Notes under the pieces: model-generated
What the model was told of the DNA's origin: nothing
Seen by the model: the letters and a program-made list of their open reading frames with translations, nothing else
Database searches by the model: none
DNA from: Pirellulales bacterium
Lineage (GTDB): Bacteria > Planctomycetota > Planctomycetia > Pirellulales > Thermoguttaceae
Length of the DNA: 64,000 nucleotides
Assembly (NCBI GenBank): GCA_016929515.1
Contig: JAFGIR010000016.1
Coordinates: 26,390-90,389, forward strand
Direction of reading: 5' to 3'
Translations under genes and position numbers: made by a program
Part shown: one piece after another, positions 1 through 7,854 of the stretch
Layout: each line of letters starts with the position of its first letter
Numbering within the stretch: the stretch's first letter is position 1

Positions 1-434
1 AGCGTCAACGCACCGCCGGTCGTCCACAGCAGCGTCAGACCGCCGGAAGAACCCTTGGTTTTGTGAGAGGACGTTTTCGGGGGCAAGACACGCTGCGAGG
101 CATTGTCCCCGGTGGCGAGCTTGTTCTTGGATGTCGCGTTCGGTCGGGCAGCGCCGACAGAGACGCGTTCGGCCGACGCATCGTAGGTCGCGCGAATCAC
201 GCCTGCATCGGTCGGGGGCAATGACGCTGCGTGCCGCAAATTGGGCATTGTGTCGAGCGGACAAGTAGCCTCGATCGGCGGCCATGCGGACACAGCTTTC
301 GAAAGGGTTCCCTCAATGAAGTGGGGGCTCCCGATCTGTTCATGCGTCTCGGCCGGGGCGCATACAGGCACGCTGATGGCTAGCAGCATCCCTACAGTAT
401 TGAAGAAAACAGCGATTTTCGCGTTTCCACGCAT
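1..434 (-). CDS. partial CDS (3' end beyond window): exported/membrane protein directly downstream of fliN, possibly FliO-like
   Basis: A minus-strand frame from ATG (432-434) is open to the window edge; I checked every in-frame triplet and found no tta/cta/tca. The N-terminus MRGNAKIAVFFNTVGMLLAISVPVCAPAE looks like a signal peptide. A second hydrophobic stretch, GGLTLLWTTGGAL, lies near the edge. AAGGG lies upstream of the ATG. The position after fliN is where fliO/P-type genes usually sit. It is absent from the ORF track because it is truncated. Confidence 0.4.
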   Translation of the reverse strand, partial: MRGNAKIAVFFNTVGMLLAISVPVCAPAETHEQIGSPHFIEGTLSKAVSAWPPIEATCPLDTMPNLRHAASLPPTDAGVIRATYDASAERVSVGAARPNATSKNKLATGDNASQRVLPPKTSSHKTKGSSGGLTLLWTTGGALT

Positions 435-545
435 CCGTGTGCCCTTTTTTCTTTTTCTCTGAAGCTACCCTGGCGACTAAGTCGATAGACGAACTGGGGA
501 AATCTTGCTTCTACCCATCATTCTAAGGACATTCTGTCCGTAATA

Positions 546-616
546 TCATCCTGGGCGTAGCGGAGGATCTCCTTGGCAGTGTAAACGTGCGATCCTTCGC
601 TTTGCTCAAAATAACC
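546..616. repeat. degenerate copy of the 'TCATCCTGAGCGAAGCGAAGGATC' inverted-repeat (REP-like hairpin) family
   Basis: The left arm is tcatcctgggcgtagcggaggatctcc and the right arm is gcgatccttcgctttgctcaaaataac. It is intergenic, between fliN and the next gene. It matches the arms at 11639, 23154 and 43166. Confidence 0.5.
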
Positions 617-654
617 AGTTGCCAAAAAAAAGGTTCTTGCTCGGTTCTCCTCAA

Positions 655-1077
655 TCAGACGGTGGCCACGCCGCCAGTCATTTCGCTCACGCGCACACAA
701 AACTTGTTGTTGAGCATGAAGATATCACCTCGGGCAATCAATCGACCGCCGACGAGAATCTCGACCGGTTCGTCGACCACTTTGTCCAAAGGCACGATGT
801 CACCTTGGCCCAGTTCAGACACGTTCTTTCGATGCATATAGGTGCGTCCCAAGTTGATCCTTGCGTCGAACTTCACGTCGCGCAACATGTCGAGTGTTGC
901 CGCCCGGGTCGTGGCGGCCGTGCCATGGAGTGGTGCCAGTTTGAATCGTCTCATTCCCGCCACCAATTCCTCGTGCGGATCGCGGCCATTCAAGTAGTCG
1001 CCTGCTGGCTTACTCGGGGTGGACAAGCCATCCGCATCCAGCTTCTCTCGACCGGCTAATTCGTTTCCATGTGTCAT
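655..1077 (-). CDS. fliN: flagellar motor switch protein FliN (SpoA domain)
   Basis: The C-terminal segment LGQGDIVPLDKVVDEPVEILVGGRLIARGDIFMLNNKFCVRVSEM is the typical FliN/SpoA surface-presentation domain. It lies in a flagellar gene run. Confidence 0.85.
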   Translation of the reverse strand: MTHGNELAGREKLDADGLSTPSKPAGDYLNGRDPHEELVAGMRRFKLAPLHGTAATTRAATLDMLRDVKFDARINLGRTYMHRKNVSELGQGDIVPLDKVVDEPVEILVGGRLIARGDIFMLNNKFCVRVSEMTGGVATV

Positions 1078-1119
1078 GACTGCCTGCTCTCGCCTTGTGT
1101 GCTGTGGCTTCCGTTCGAT

Positions 1120-1560
1120 TTACCGGGCGTACTGGATCACGGCCATTTCGTCGAGCATCCTGGTTTCGCGTCGTTCACCTCGCTCGCGGTAGGCATCCTG
1201 TTGCTTCGCTTCGAGTTTCTCCAGAATTCGGACCTCGCGGTTGGCGGCAAGCAGCTCTTTACGGTGCCAGTTGATTGTGAGAGTCGCATCTTGTCGTTGT
1301 TTGGCAAGTTCGTCTTGTTGTGCGGTGAGGTGCTGATCATAGTGTCGGTACTCGATCAACCGATCGAGGCGGACTGCGCCCGGGGCAGCCGCTTCGCGAC
1401 ATTGGTCTAGGAGTCCGCTGCGTTGCCGGTCTAATTCCTCTTGGCGTTGGCCGATGATCTCGTCGGTGTGGCATGACTGGACCAATTGAGTACGACACAT
1501 GTCGCGCCGAGTTTTACGCACCAACAGGAGTGCTGCCAATCGAAACGTAGAATGTCCCAT
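1120..1560 (-). CDS. fliJ: flagellar export chaperone FliJ-like coiled-coil protein
   Basis: 146 aa, heptad-rich and charged (QQDELAKQRQDATLTINWHRKELLAANREVRILEKLEAKQQ). It lies immediately after fliI (6-nt gap), the canonical fliJ position. Confidence 0.6.
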   Translation of the reverse strand: MGHSTFRLAALLLVRKTRRDMCRTQLVQSCHTDEIIGQRQEELDRQRSGLLDQCREAAAPGAVRLDRLIEYRHYDQHLTAQQDELAKQRQDATLTINWHRKELLAANREVRILEKLEAKQQDAYRERGERRETRMLDEMAVIQYAR

Positions 1561-1566
1561 GATTAC

Positions 1567-2919
1567 CTATTCGGTTTCTTGGTCTTGCGGTTGTTCGGCC
1601 CGTGCCCGCAGCGCGAGCAGCTTGTCGCGAGCTTCATTCGGTTCGGACGGTTTGTCAGCGGTTTGGGTCAAGTAATCGTGAATGGCTTCTTGCATCTGTA
1701 CGGCCCGATCGACGGTCAGATTGGTGCCGGGCTGATAGGCGCCGACGGAAATCATGTCTTCGTGATCGCGTTGGGTGGCCAGCAGTTCTCGCACCATTGC
1801 AGCAGCTTGGCGATGCTCTTCATTGGTCACTGTCGGCATGACGCGGCTGAGACTTTCGAGCACGTCGATGGCTGGATAATGTCCCCGCGAGGCTAGTGTT
1901 CGTGAGAGCCACACATGGCCGTCGAGCAATCCACGGACTGCGTCGCTGATAGGTTCATTCGGGTCGTCCGCTTCGACCAACACGTTGTAGAAGGCGGTGA
2001 TGCTACCCAATTCGGCCTGTCCAGCTCGTTCGACCAGCTTGGGCAATGCGGCGAAGACCGACGGTGGATAGCCGCGCGTCGTGGGCGGCTCGCCAGCGGC
2101 CAGGCCAATTTCGCGTTGGGCTAAAGCGACCCGTGTGAGCGAGTCCACCAGCAAGAGGACATCCTTTCCCTGGTCGCGAAAATATTCAGCGATGGCTGTG
2201 GCGGTAGCTGCCGCATTGACACGGAGCATGGCCGGCTCGTCGCTGGTGGCGACGACGACCACGCTTCGGGTGAGTCCTTCGGGGCCGAGGTCGCGCCGGA
2301 GAAATTCACCCACCTCGCGTCCTCGCTCACCGATCAATCCAATGACGATGACCTCGGCCGAGCTGAAGCGAGCCATCATACCCAAGAGCACGCTCTTTCC
2401 GACGCCTGAGGCGGCGAAGATCCCCATGCGCTGTCCACGGCCACAAGTCAGCAGTCCGTCGATGGCCCGAATGCCCGTCGCCAACGGCGCGTCGATCGGA
2501 GGTCGACGGCACGGATGGGGAGGGCGACGGTCGAATGGTGCGCGGTTGCGGAGTGCCGGTGCGGGTGTGCCGTCGACGGCGTTGCCTTCGGCGTCGAGCA
2601 CGCGGCCAAGCAGTTCGTTGCCCACACGCAACCATCGCGACGTGCGGGCGAGTCGCACACGATTTCCGCGACGCACACCGCTGGAGTTGCCGAGCGGATA
2701 AAGGATAGTAGAGCTGTCACGAAATCCAATTACCTGAGCTCGAAGCAATTGTCCTCGGTCACGCTTGATCTCGGCGATTGCACCGACCGGCGCTGGAAAG
2801 CCGACAGCCGACACGGTTGTACCGACGGTTTGAGTCACGCGACCTGATAGGGCAGTCGGCAGAATCGCGTCGAGTTGTTCGGCAATGTTCAACATGGTTT
2901 CGCGCAGTGATTTTTTCAC
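1567..2919 (-). CDS. fliI: flagellum-specific ATP synthase FliI
   Basis: Walker A is AASGVGKSVLLGMM and Walker B is DVLLLVDSLTR. The F1/T3SS-ATPase layout is present, including YPPSVFAALPKLVERAG. The start is GTG at 2919; ATG at 2895 is an alternative. Confidence 0.95.
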   Translation of the reverse strand: MKKSLRETMLNIAEQLDAILPTALSGRVTQTVGTTVSAVGFPAPVGAIAEIKRDRGQLLRAQVIGFRDSSTILYPLGNSSGVRRGNRVRLARTSRWLRVGNELLGRVLDAEGNAVDGTPAPALRNRAPFDRRPPHPCRRPPIDAPLATGIRAIDGLLTCGRGQRMGIFAASGVGKSVLLGMMARFSSAEVIVIGLIGERGREVGEFLRRDLGPEGLTRSVVVVATSDEPAMLRVNAAATATAIAEYFRDQGKDVLLLVDSLTRVALAQREIGLAAGEPPTTRGYPPSVFAALPKLVERAGQAELGSITAFYNVLVEADDPNEPISDAVRGLLDGHVWLSRTLASRGHYPAIDVLESLSRVMPTVTNEEHRQAAAMVRELLATQRDHEDMISVGAYQPGTNLTVDRAVQMQEAIHDYLTQTADKPSEPNEARDKLLALRARAEQPQDQETE

Positions 2920-3021
2920 TTGTTGATAGCTGCGTTTATGACGTTCAGGTCGTTACAGGTGAGAACCATCAATAAGCCGGGCTTCCGTCAGGCGTCCTGC
3001 CTTCATTTAGCTATGCAGGTC
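2916..3021 (-). repeat. intercistronic conserved element, copy A (fills the whole fliH stop - fliI start gap)
   Basis: About 75% identical by eye over ~106 nt to 11965-12071. Shared blocks (minus strand) are CTGCATAGCTAA(A)TGAA, ACGGAA, CCTG(T/A)AACGACCTGAACGTC and GCAG(C/T)TATCAA(C/T)AAGTGA. Confidence 0.6.
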
Positions 3022-3687
3022 TTAATAGACGAGCTCTTCTTCGATCCGTGCCAGTTGGGTTTCAAACTGCTGGTCGATTACGCCGAAACAAGTATTGACG
3101 CGGCATCCGCCTGGACTAACCCCTTCGTCGGCTACCACCTCGACCGATCCGAGTCCGACAAGTTCCTTGGCAATTTCGTCGACCCGTACACCAAGGGTCT
3201 GAAGGTCGGTTGGGTTCAGATAAACGCGGATCTCGTCGTTGCCGACGGCCAACTCGAGCGCCTCGCGTACCAACGTTAGCGGAACATCGGGATGTGTGTC
3301 GAGTGAGCGGCGGATCAGCCGTTCGGCGATGGATATGGCCACATGGACCGCGTTCTTTTCCCAGTGGTTCAGCCAGGCTTGCTTGGCGTCTTGTATTTCT
3401 TGGACGACTGCTTCGATCGCCGATGTCAAGGTGCCCCATTGTTCGTTATTGTGTTGCGTGAGCATTTCGTACGCGGTGCGGCGTCCTTGAGTGGCTGCAT
3501 CGAGGCGAATATGTTCGGCCTGTTGTTTGGCCGTAGCGATGAGTCGGGCCGCCTCGTTGGAAAACGAGGTTCGATCAGGATCGGCGCGTTGGGTCAAGTC
3601 CACTAGATCAACCGTCCAGGGGCGAACGCTTGCGCAAGAGTTGCTCGCTTTGATGATTGTCGGCATGCGTGTCTTTTCGGACCTCAT
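3022..3687 (-). CDS. fliH: flagellar assembly protein FliH
   Basis: The C-terminal segment VVADEGVSPGGCRVNTCFGVIDQQFETQLARIEEEL is the FliH/T3SS stator signature. It lies between fliF-G and fliI. Confidence 0.75.
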   Translation of the reverse strand: MRSEKTRMPTIIKASNSCASVRPWTVDLVDLTQRADPDRTSFSNEAARLIATAKQQAEHIRLDAATQGRRTAYEMLTQHNNEQWGTLTSAIEAVVQEIQDAKQAWLNHWEKNAVHVAISIAERLIRRSLDTHPDVPLTLVREALELAVGNDEIRVYLNPTDLQTLGVRVDEIAKELVGLGSVEVVADEGVSPGGCRVNTCFGVIDQQFETQLARIEEELVY

Positions 3688-3720
3688 GTTTTCTTGGTGT
3701 CCAATTCGCGTCTCGCGACG

Positions 3721-6045
3721 TTATGGCGTCACGGAAAAAGCCATTTGTCCCACGTCCTCAGGCAATGACAATGTGCCGACGCCGGCAAGTGATTGGGCCA
3801 ACTCGATCAACCGTGATCGCGCGGCGTCGACATCACTCAGCCGCGTCAGCTTCAGGTGATCAAGCGATCGGCGAATTGTCTTGGCTTGCTCACGCGACCG
3901 CGAACTGAGCATCCGGTCTACAACGTCCTCGGTGGCACCAATCAGAGCCAGCGTCAGGACTTCGTCGCCAGCCGCCTCACAGAGTCGGGCTAGCGATCGG
4001 TTATCCCATTGGGTGAAGTCCTCGAAGTCAAAGGAATACGTGCTCTGATAGGCAGAGGACTCGAATTGAGCAGCCAATCGGCCGTCGCGCGCGACTAGGT
4101 TGTTCAGCAACTGCCGGCGGACCGGTTGTGGCGAAGCGTCGAGAATTGCGCTGATTGCGCTCAGGCCAGCCACGCGCCGCTCACGCATCGGAACTTGCTT
4201 GGCCAGCCGGGTATTCAGGCTCTGGTCGATCTCGTGAAGGACCTCCGGATCGGCCTGTTCGAGGTCGATCCATCGATGGATCACGTCGATCTGCACCTCG
4301 GGCGCGAAGCACACGAGCACCTGGCCTGCCCGATCCGGCTCAAGATGCGAAAGCACTAGGGCAATCGTCTGAGGCAATTCGCCAGTCAGAATTTGCGCGA
4401 TCCGTGGACAATTGGTTTGGCTTAGCAGTCCGAACGGCGCCGGTGTGACATCGTCGGTCGTCAGGGCCCGGTGTTCGATTAGCTGACGGGCCAGTTGGCT
4501 GTCCAACTCGATTCCGGAAAGATCCTCGTGAGCATCAGTCGTCGTGGCCAGGTGTCGCGGCTTGACCTTGCCGAGTTGATCTGCGCGACAGCTTCGTGTC
4601 TTTTGTAAGACGCGTTTTGCGATAGGCCGCGATGCAATAAAACCAGCGGCGGCCAGCACAATGACGCCCAGCGTGCTTCCGTACTCGGCCAATCTGGCAC
4701 GCAGAGATGTGTCCGCTACTTGTTCGGAGGTCATCGCCACTGGCGAATCGCGAAAGGGTACGACCGCAACCCACTCGGTCAAATCATTCATGCCTTCAAC
4801 GGTTGGCAATGCGGAAGCCACCAGCCGCTTGATTTCGCCGATTTCTCGCATCTGGACGGTTCGGAATGTGGCCTTTTTCGATTGTCGAGTCGGCACGCCC
4901 GCGGTCGAGGCATTTTGGTCTTGATCTCGCCAAATCTTCTCGAAGTAGCTGATGGGCACGCGAATGGACACACGAAAGGGCGGCACGACAACCGTTGCCG
5001 AAACCCTCTCGCCAGTGCTGGCGACCTCTTCATTGGTTGCCATCCTGCTTCGATTAACGATGGTCTCACCACTCCTGGTCCTCGGCAGCTCCCTTGCACG
5101 ATTGGAAACTGTGGCTGACCGTTCGTCGACGCTATCGCTCTCAACGGCGTGGTTGCGATTCGGTTCGGCCTGTTGTTCCAACGAGCTTGGCTCGGGCGAG
5201 GCCGCACTCGTGTGTTTCATGCGCGGCTGTGGCCGGTCCTCTACGGCCGTGGCGACGACGCTCACCCCGGGGATGAAATGCAGCAACCGCAGAATTCGGT
5301 CCTCGCAGTCTTGCTCCGCGGCTCGTTGGTCTTGGAGGTGGCTCCTGTCTTTCGCACCGACGTCGCCGTTAGCGAAATCAGGATAGCGGATGTGGTTGAT
5401 CTTGTCGAAGACGCGAATATCCTCGGGTCTCATGCCGGCCCAACTATAGGCAACTCGGTCACAGATCATGGCGCCCAGTTTTGGGTCGAGTTTTTTGCCG
5501 TGTTTCATGGTCAGATCAACCAAAGCGGTTCGAAGTGTCCGTTTGTTCAATCCGTGTCCCTCTTCTCGACTGTCGAGCGTGACGGTCGCCTTGGCGATTT
5601 CGGGGAATTCAGAGATTCCCGTTTCGAGTTTCTTCTCCTTGGCGCGGATGCAAAGTGCCTTCCTTTGGTCAAGGGGCATCCAGATTGAGCCGGCGTCAAT
5701 TGCGTCGTCCATGGGATCGTTCGACTTGGACGGCAAGGCGCCCACCCGGTCTAACGCGGCCAGGTACGGGGACCGCTCGCCTTGTGGAATGAAAAGTTGC
5801 GAGTTGCGGATGTCGAAGCGTAAGTGTGCCTCAGCCAAGGCAACTCGAATCGTGTTGAGCTGATCCTGGGAAAGCACTTGCTCGCCGAAGAGTGATTCTT
5901 GGGAATCGCCCCACAACGAGATGCCCAGGTAGGCTAGGCCGATCGCAGCAACCAATAACAACCCTCCGGCGACGATCCGTGAGTTGGGGGTCATCGAACG
6001 AACGTGGTTGAGAATCTGAGTGGGGAGTTGGTTGAGAAAGTCCAT
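3721..6045 (-). CDS. fliF: FliF (MS-ring) fused in one ORF to FliG middle and C-terminal domains
   Basis: aa 1-473 carry a TM at aa 24-44, a FliF/YscJ-type periplasmic region (QDQLNTIRVALAEAHLRF, KATVTLDSRE, RTALVDLTM) and a second TM at aa 456-473. aa ~536-774 carry FliG_M (ELPQTIALVLSHLEPDRAGQVL) and FliG_C (FDFEDFTQWDNRSL...LTLALIGATEDVVDRMLSSRSREQAKTIRRSL...LSDVDAARSRLIELA). There is no stop codon between the two halves. Confidence 0.9.
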   Translation of the reverse strand: MDFLNQLPTQILNHVRSMTPNSRIVAGGLLLVAAIGLAYLGISLWGDSQESLFGEQVLSQDQLNTIRVALAEAHLRFDIRNSQLFIPQGERSPYLAALDRVGALPSKSNDPMDDAIDAGSIWMPLDQRKALCIRAKEKKLETGISEFPEIAKATVTLDSREEGHGLNKRTLRTALVDLTMKHGKKLDPKLGAMICDRVAYSWAGMRPEDIRVFDKINHIRYPDFANGDVGAKDRSHLQDQRAAEQDCEDRILRLLHFIPGVSVVATAVEDRPQPRMKHTSAASPEPSSLEQQAEPNRNHAVESDSVDERSATVSNRARELPRTRSGETIVNRSRMATNEEVASTGERVSATVVVPPFRVSIRVPISYFEKIWRDQDQNASTAGVPTRQSKKATFRTVQMREIGEIKRLVASALPTVEGMNDLTEWVAVVPFRDSPVAMTSEQVADTSLRARLAEYGSTLGVIVLAAAGFIASRPIAKRVLQKTRSCRADQLGKVKPRHLATTTDAHEDLSGIELDSQLARQLIEHRALTTDDVTPAPFGLLSQTNCPRIAQILTGELPQTIALVLSHLEPDRAGQVLVCFAPEVQIDVIHRWIDLEQADPEVLHEIDQSLNTRLAKQVPMRERRVAGLSAISAILDASPQPVRRQLLNNLVARDGRLAAQFESSAYQSTYSFDFEDFTQWDNRSLARLCEAAGDEVLTLALIGATEDVVDRMLSSRSREQAKTIRRSLDHLKLTRLSDVDAARSRLIELAQSLAGVGTLSLPEDVGQMAFSVTP

Positions 6046-6098
6046 CTATATTACAGACCCTTGATAGTTTTTTCCCGACAAAAGGGTTGCACGCGTTC

Positions 6099-6398
6099 CT
6101 ATACACGAATGTCCTGGACTTCGTGGTACGCACTGACCAATTGGTCTTGGATTTGCATCATTACGTGCACTGTCATGTCAGCCTGCCGCGAGGGGGCCAG
6201 CACGTTGGTCGGATTGATCGCACCGCCGGCCAATGAAGAGGCCGTCTGATCGGTATTCGCCGCCGAGACATTGAGTTTGCTCACACAGTCGATCAGCATG
6301 TCCTTGAACGCTGCAGGATCGTTCGGCATTTCGAGTTTGCCCAATCCTTGAATCGGTAGATGCCGGGAGAAGCAAGTAGGACTGATCGGGTTCATCAT
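6099..6398 (-). CDS. fliE: flagellar hook-basal body complex protein FliE
   Basis: 99 aa. The C-terminus ADMTVHVMMQIQDQLVSAYHEVQDIRV matches the conserved FliE tail. It lies directly upstream of fliF. Confidence 0.8.
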   Translation of the reverse strand: MMNPISPTCFSRHLPIQGLGKLEMPNDPAAFKDMLIDCVSKLNVSAANTDQTASSLAGGAINPTNVLAPSRQADMTVHVMMQIQDQLVSAYHEVQDIRV

Positions 6399-6420
6399 TT
6401 TCGATTTCCATGGCAGCGCG

Positions 6421-7275
6421 TCATGCGACGGCCTTCATGACCTGTTGCGGAATGCATAGAGTGAATGCAGCACCTCCATCGGGACAATTCACGGCGGTGA
6501 TGTGTCCGCCGTGAGCCTCGATCATGTGATGCACCAGCGCCAAACCCAGGCCTGTCCCAACCGACTTCGAACGAAAGAAGGGTTCGAACATTCTGTCGCG
6601 TGTCGCTTCGGACAGTCCAGGTCCCGTGTCGGCCACCTCCAATTCCAGGCCTCGGTCGGTCCACGCCGACGTGATAGTCAGCGTTCCGCCTTCGGGCATG
6701 GTGTCAACCGCGTTGAGCATCAGATTGACCAACGCCTGCCTAATCATGTCGCGGTCTGCCCACAACGTTTGCGACCCGGGCACGTCGACCACCGTGTCAA
6801 TCGACTGCGCGTCGATCCGCCGGGCCAGAGACTCCAGAATCTCGTCGATCAGTTTGGTCAACGAAAAAGCACATAGTCGCGGATTGCGATCCGAAGCGAG
6901 ATATAGAAATCCGCGCACCGAAGCATCGACCACCACGAGATGAGCTTCAATCTTGCCCAGGAGATCTGATCCGATTGGGTCATCGGTGATACGACGCCGC
7001 AGCAGACTCAGATTGAGCGAAACAGACGCGAGATGGTCTCGCACCTCGGCGGCGATTCGCGAGGCCAGCCGTCTCAGATTGGCCAGGCGACCATCGTGGG
7101 TGGGTTGGCCACGAGGGGCTTCCGCCTCGGTGGTCAGTCGCCGAATCTGTTCTCGCAGTGCTTCATGGGTTTGTTCCAACTGCAAAGTGGCTGTATGCCA
7201 TGCGGTCAGCATCGACTCCAAGTCGGACCGCATTGCATGGGGCGTTGCCTTAGCTATCGCGGCGCTCTTGTCCAT
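6421..7275 (-). CDS. soluble sensor histidine kinase (HisKA + HATPase_c)
   Basis: The H-box region is AAEVRDHLASVSL, the N box is LVNLMLNAVDTMPEGG and the G boxes are VADTGPGL / GTGLGLALV. There is no TM segment. I chose the start at ATG 7275 (MDKSAAIAK, GGAAAGAG upstream); the ORF stays open up to 7479. Confidence 0.8.
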   Translation of the reverse strand: MDKSAAIAKATPHAMRSDLESMLTAWHTATLQLEQTHEALREQIRRLTTEAEAPRGQPTHDGRLANLRRLASRIAAEVRDHLASVSLNLSLLRRRITDDPIGSDLLGKIEAHLVVVDASVRGFLYLASDRNPRLCAFSLTKLIDEILESLARRIDAQSIDTVVDVPGSQTLWADRDMIRQALVNLMLNAVDTMPEGGTLTITSAWTDRGLELEVADTGPGLSEATRDRMFEPFFRSKSVGTGLGLALVHHMIEAHGGHITAVNCPDGGAAFTLCIPQQVMKAVA

Positions 7276-7854
7276 CGGTTTCTTCTCTTTCCGACCCGAT
7301 CGCGTTGATCGTTGGTCTTCCAGCAAGCACGTCTCGCGCCTACCAAACCACTGCTTGCGTGCACGCGCTTCGATAATCAAGGCAGGGCGATGCAAACGAC
7401 GCCATGCCAACCAAACCGCTGAGATCGTTAAATGCAAAGTCTTCAAAAGTGCGAGGTCTCCGCCGAACCGCACCGTCATCGGCTGCGTCTGCCCGACGAG
7501 AGGAACGGGTCAGGTCCGGTGAGGACACCGAGCGCGAGCGTCGAGGAAAAGGTGGGCGGGTTGTACTCGAAAGACCGTTTGAGTGTCAATGCAAATTCGC
7601 CAGCCCCACCAGACGGGGGGCAGTAGTCTGCTTTGGTCAAGAACTTGGGCCAGACAAGAGACGTGTGGTGCGAATCAGGCTGTCGAAAGCCAACGAGAAG
7701 GGTGGCGGAGCATAGCGCTTATTCTGCCCCAGAGCACTCAGGATTGGGCGTTCATTACGCTTACTGTCACAGCACCTTGGATAGGCTGATTGAAGTCACA
7801 TGCTGAATCGAAGACTCTGGTTGGTTGGGGTCTCGGGCCATTGGCCCGTCAAAA

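Noticed and set aside
2950-3010. Possible sigma-28 promoter inside the intercistronic element (TAAA, 15 nt, TGACGGAA).
   Set aside because: Only about 4 of 8 positions of the -10 consensus GCCGATAA match, and the lineage-specific FliA consensus is unknown. I kept it only as one hypothesis within the repeat finding, not as a feature.
7276-7479. Long N-terminal extension of the histidine kinase. Similar extensions are listed in the ORF track for flhF (27081), fliA (29729), flgM (35665), rluB (14796), pyrK (15885), GH20 (47275), rpmE (59696), the HD gene (53654) and paralogs 1 and 2 (38287, 40027).
   Set aside because: The extensions are Arg/Pro-rich or lack conservation. The internal starts give canonical family N-termini, have SD-like sequences, and for the three paralogs yield identical 524-codon lengths.
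7509-7530. GTCAGGTCCGG, identical to the 5' side of the bacterial SRP (4.5S) RNA helix-8 motif.
   Set aside because: The 3' partner does not follow: it reads GGACACCGAGC instead of GGAAGCAGCC. The loop would be GGUGA rather than a GGAA-type tetraloop, and I could not build a convincing flanking long helix.
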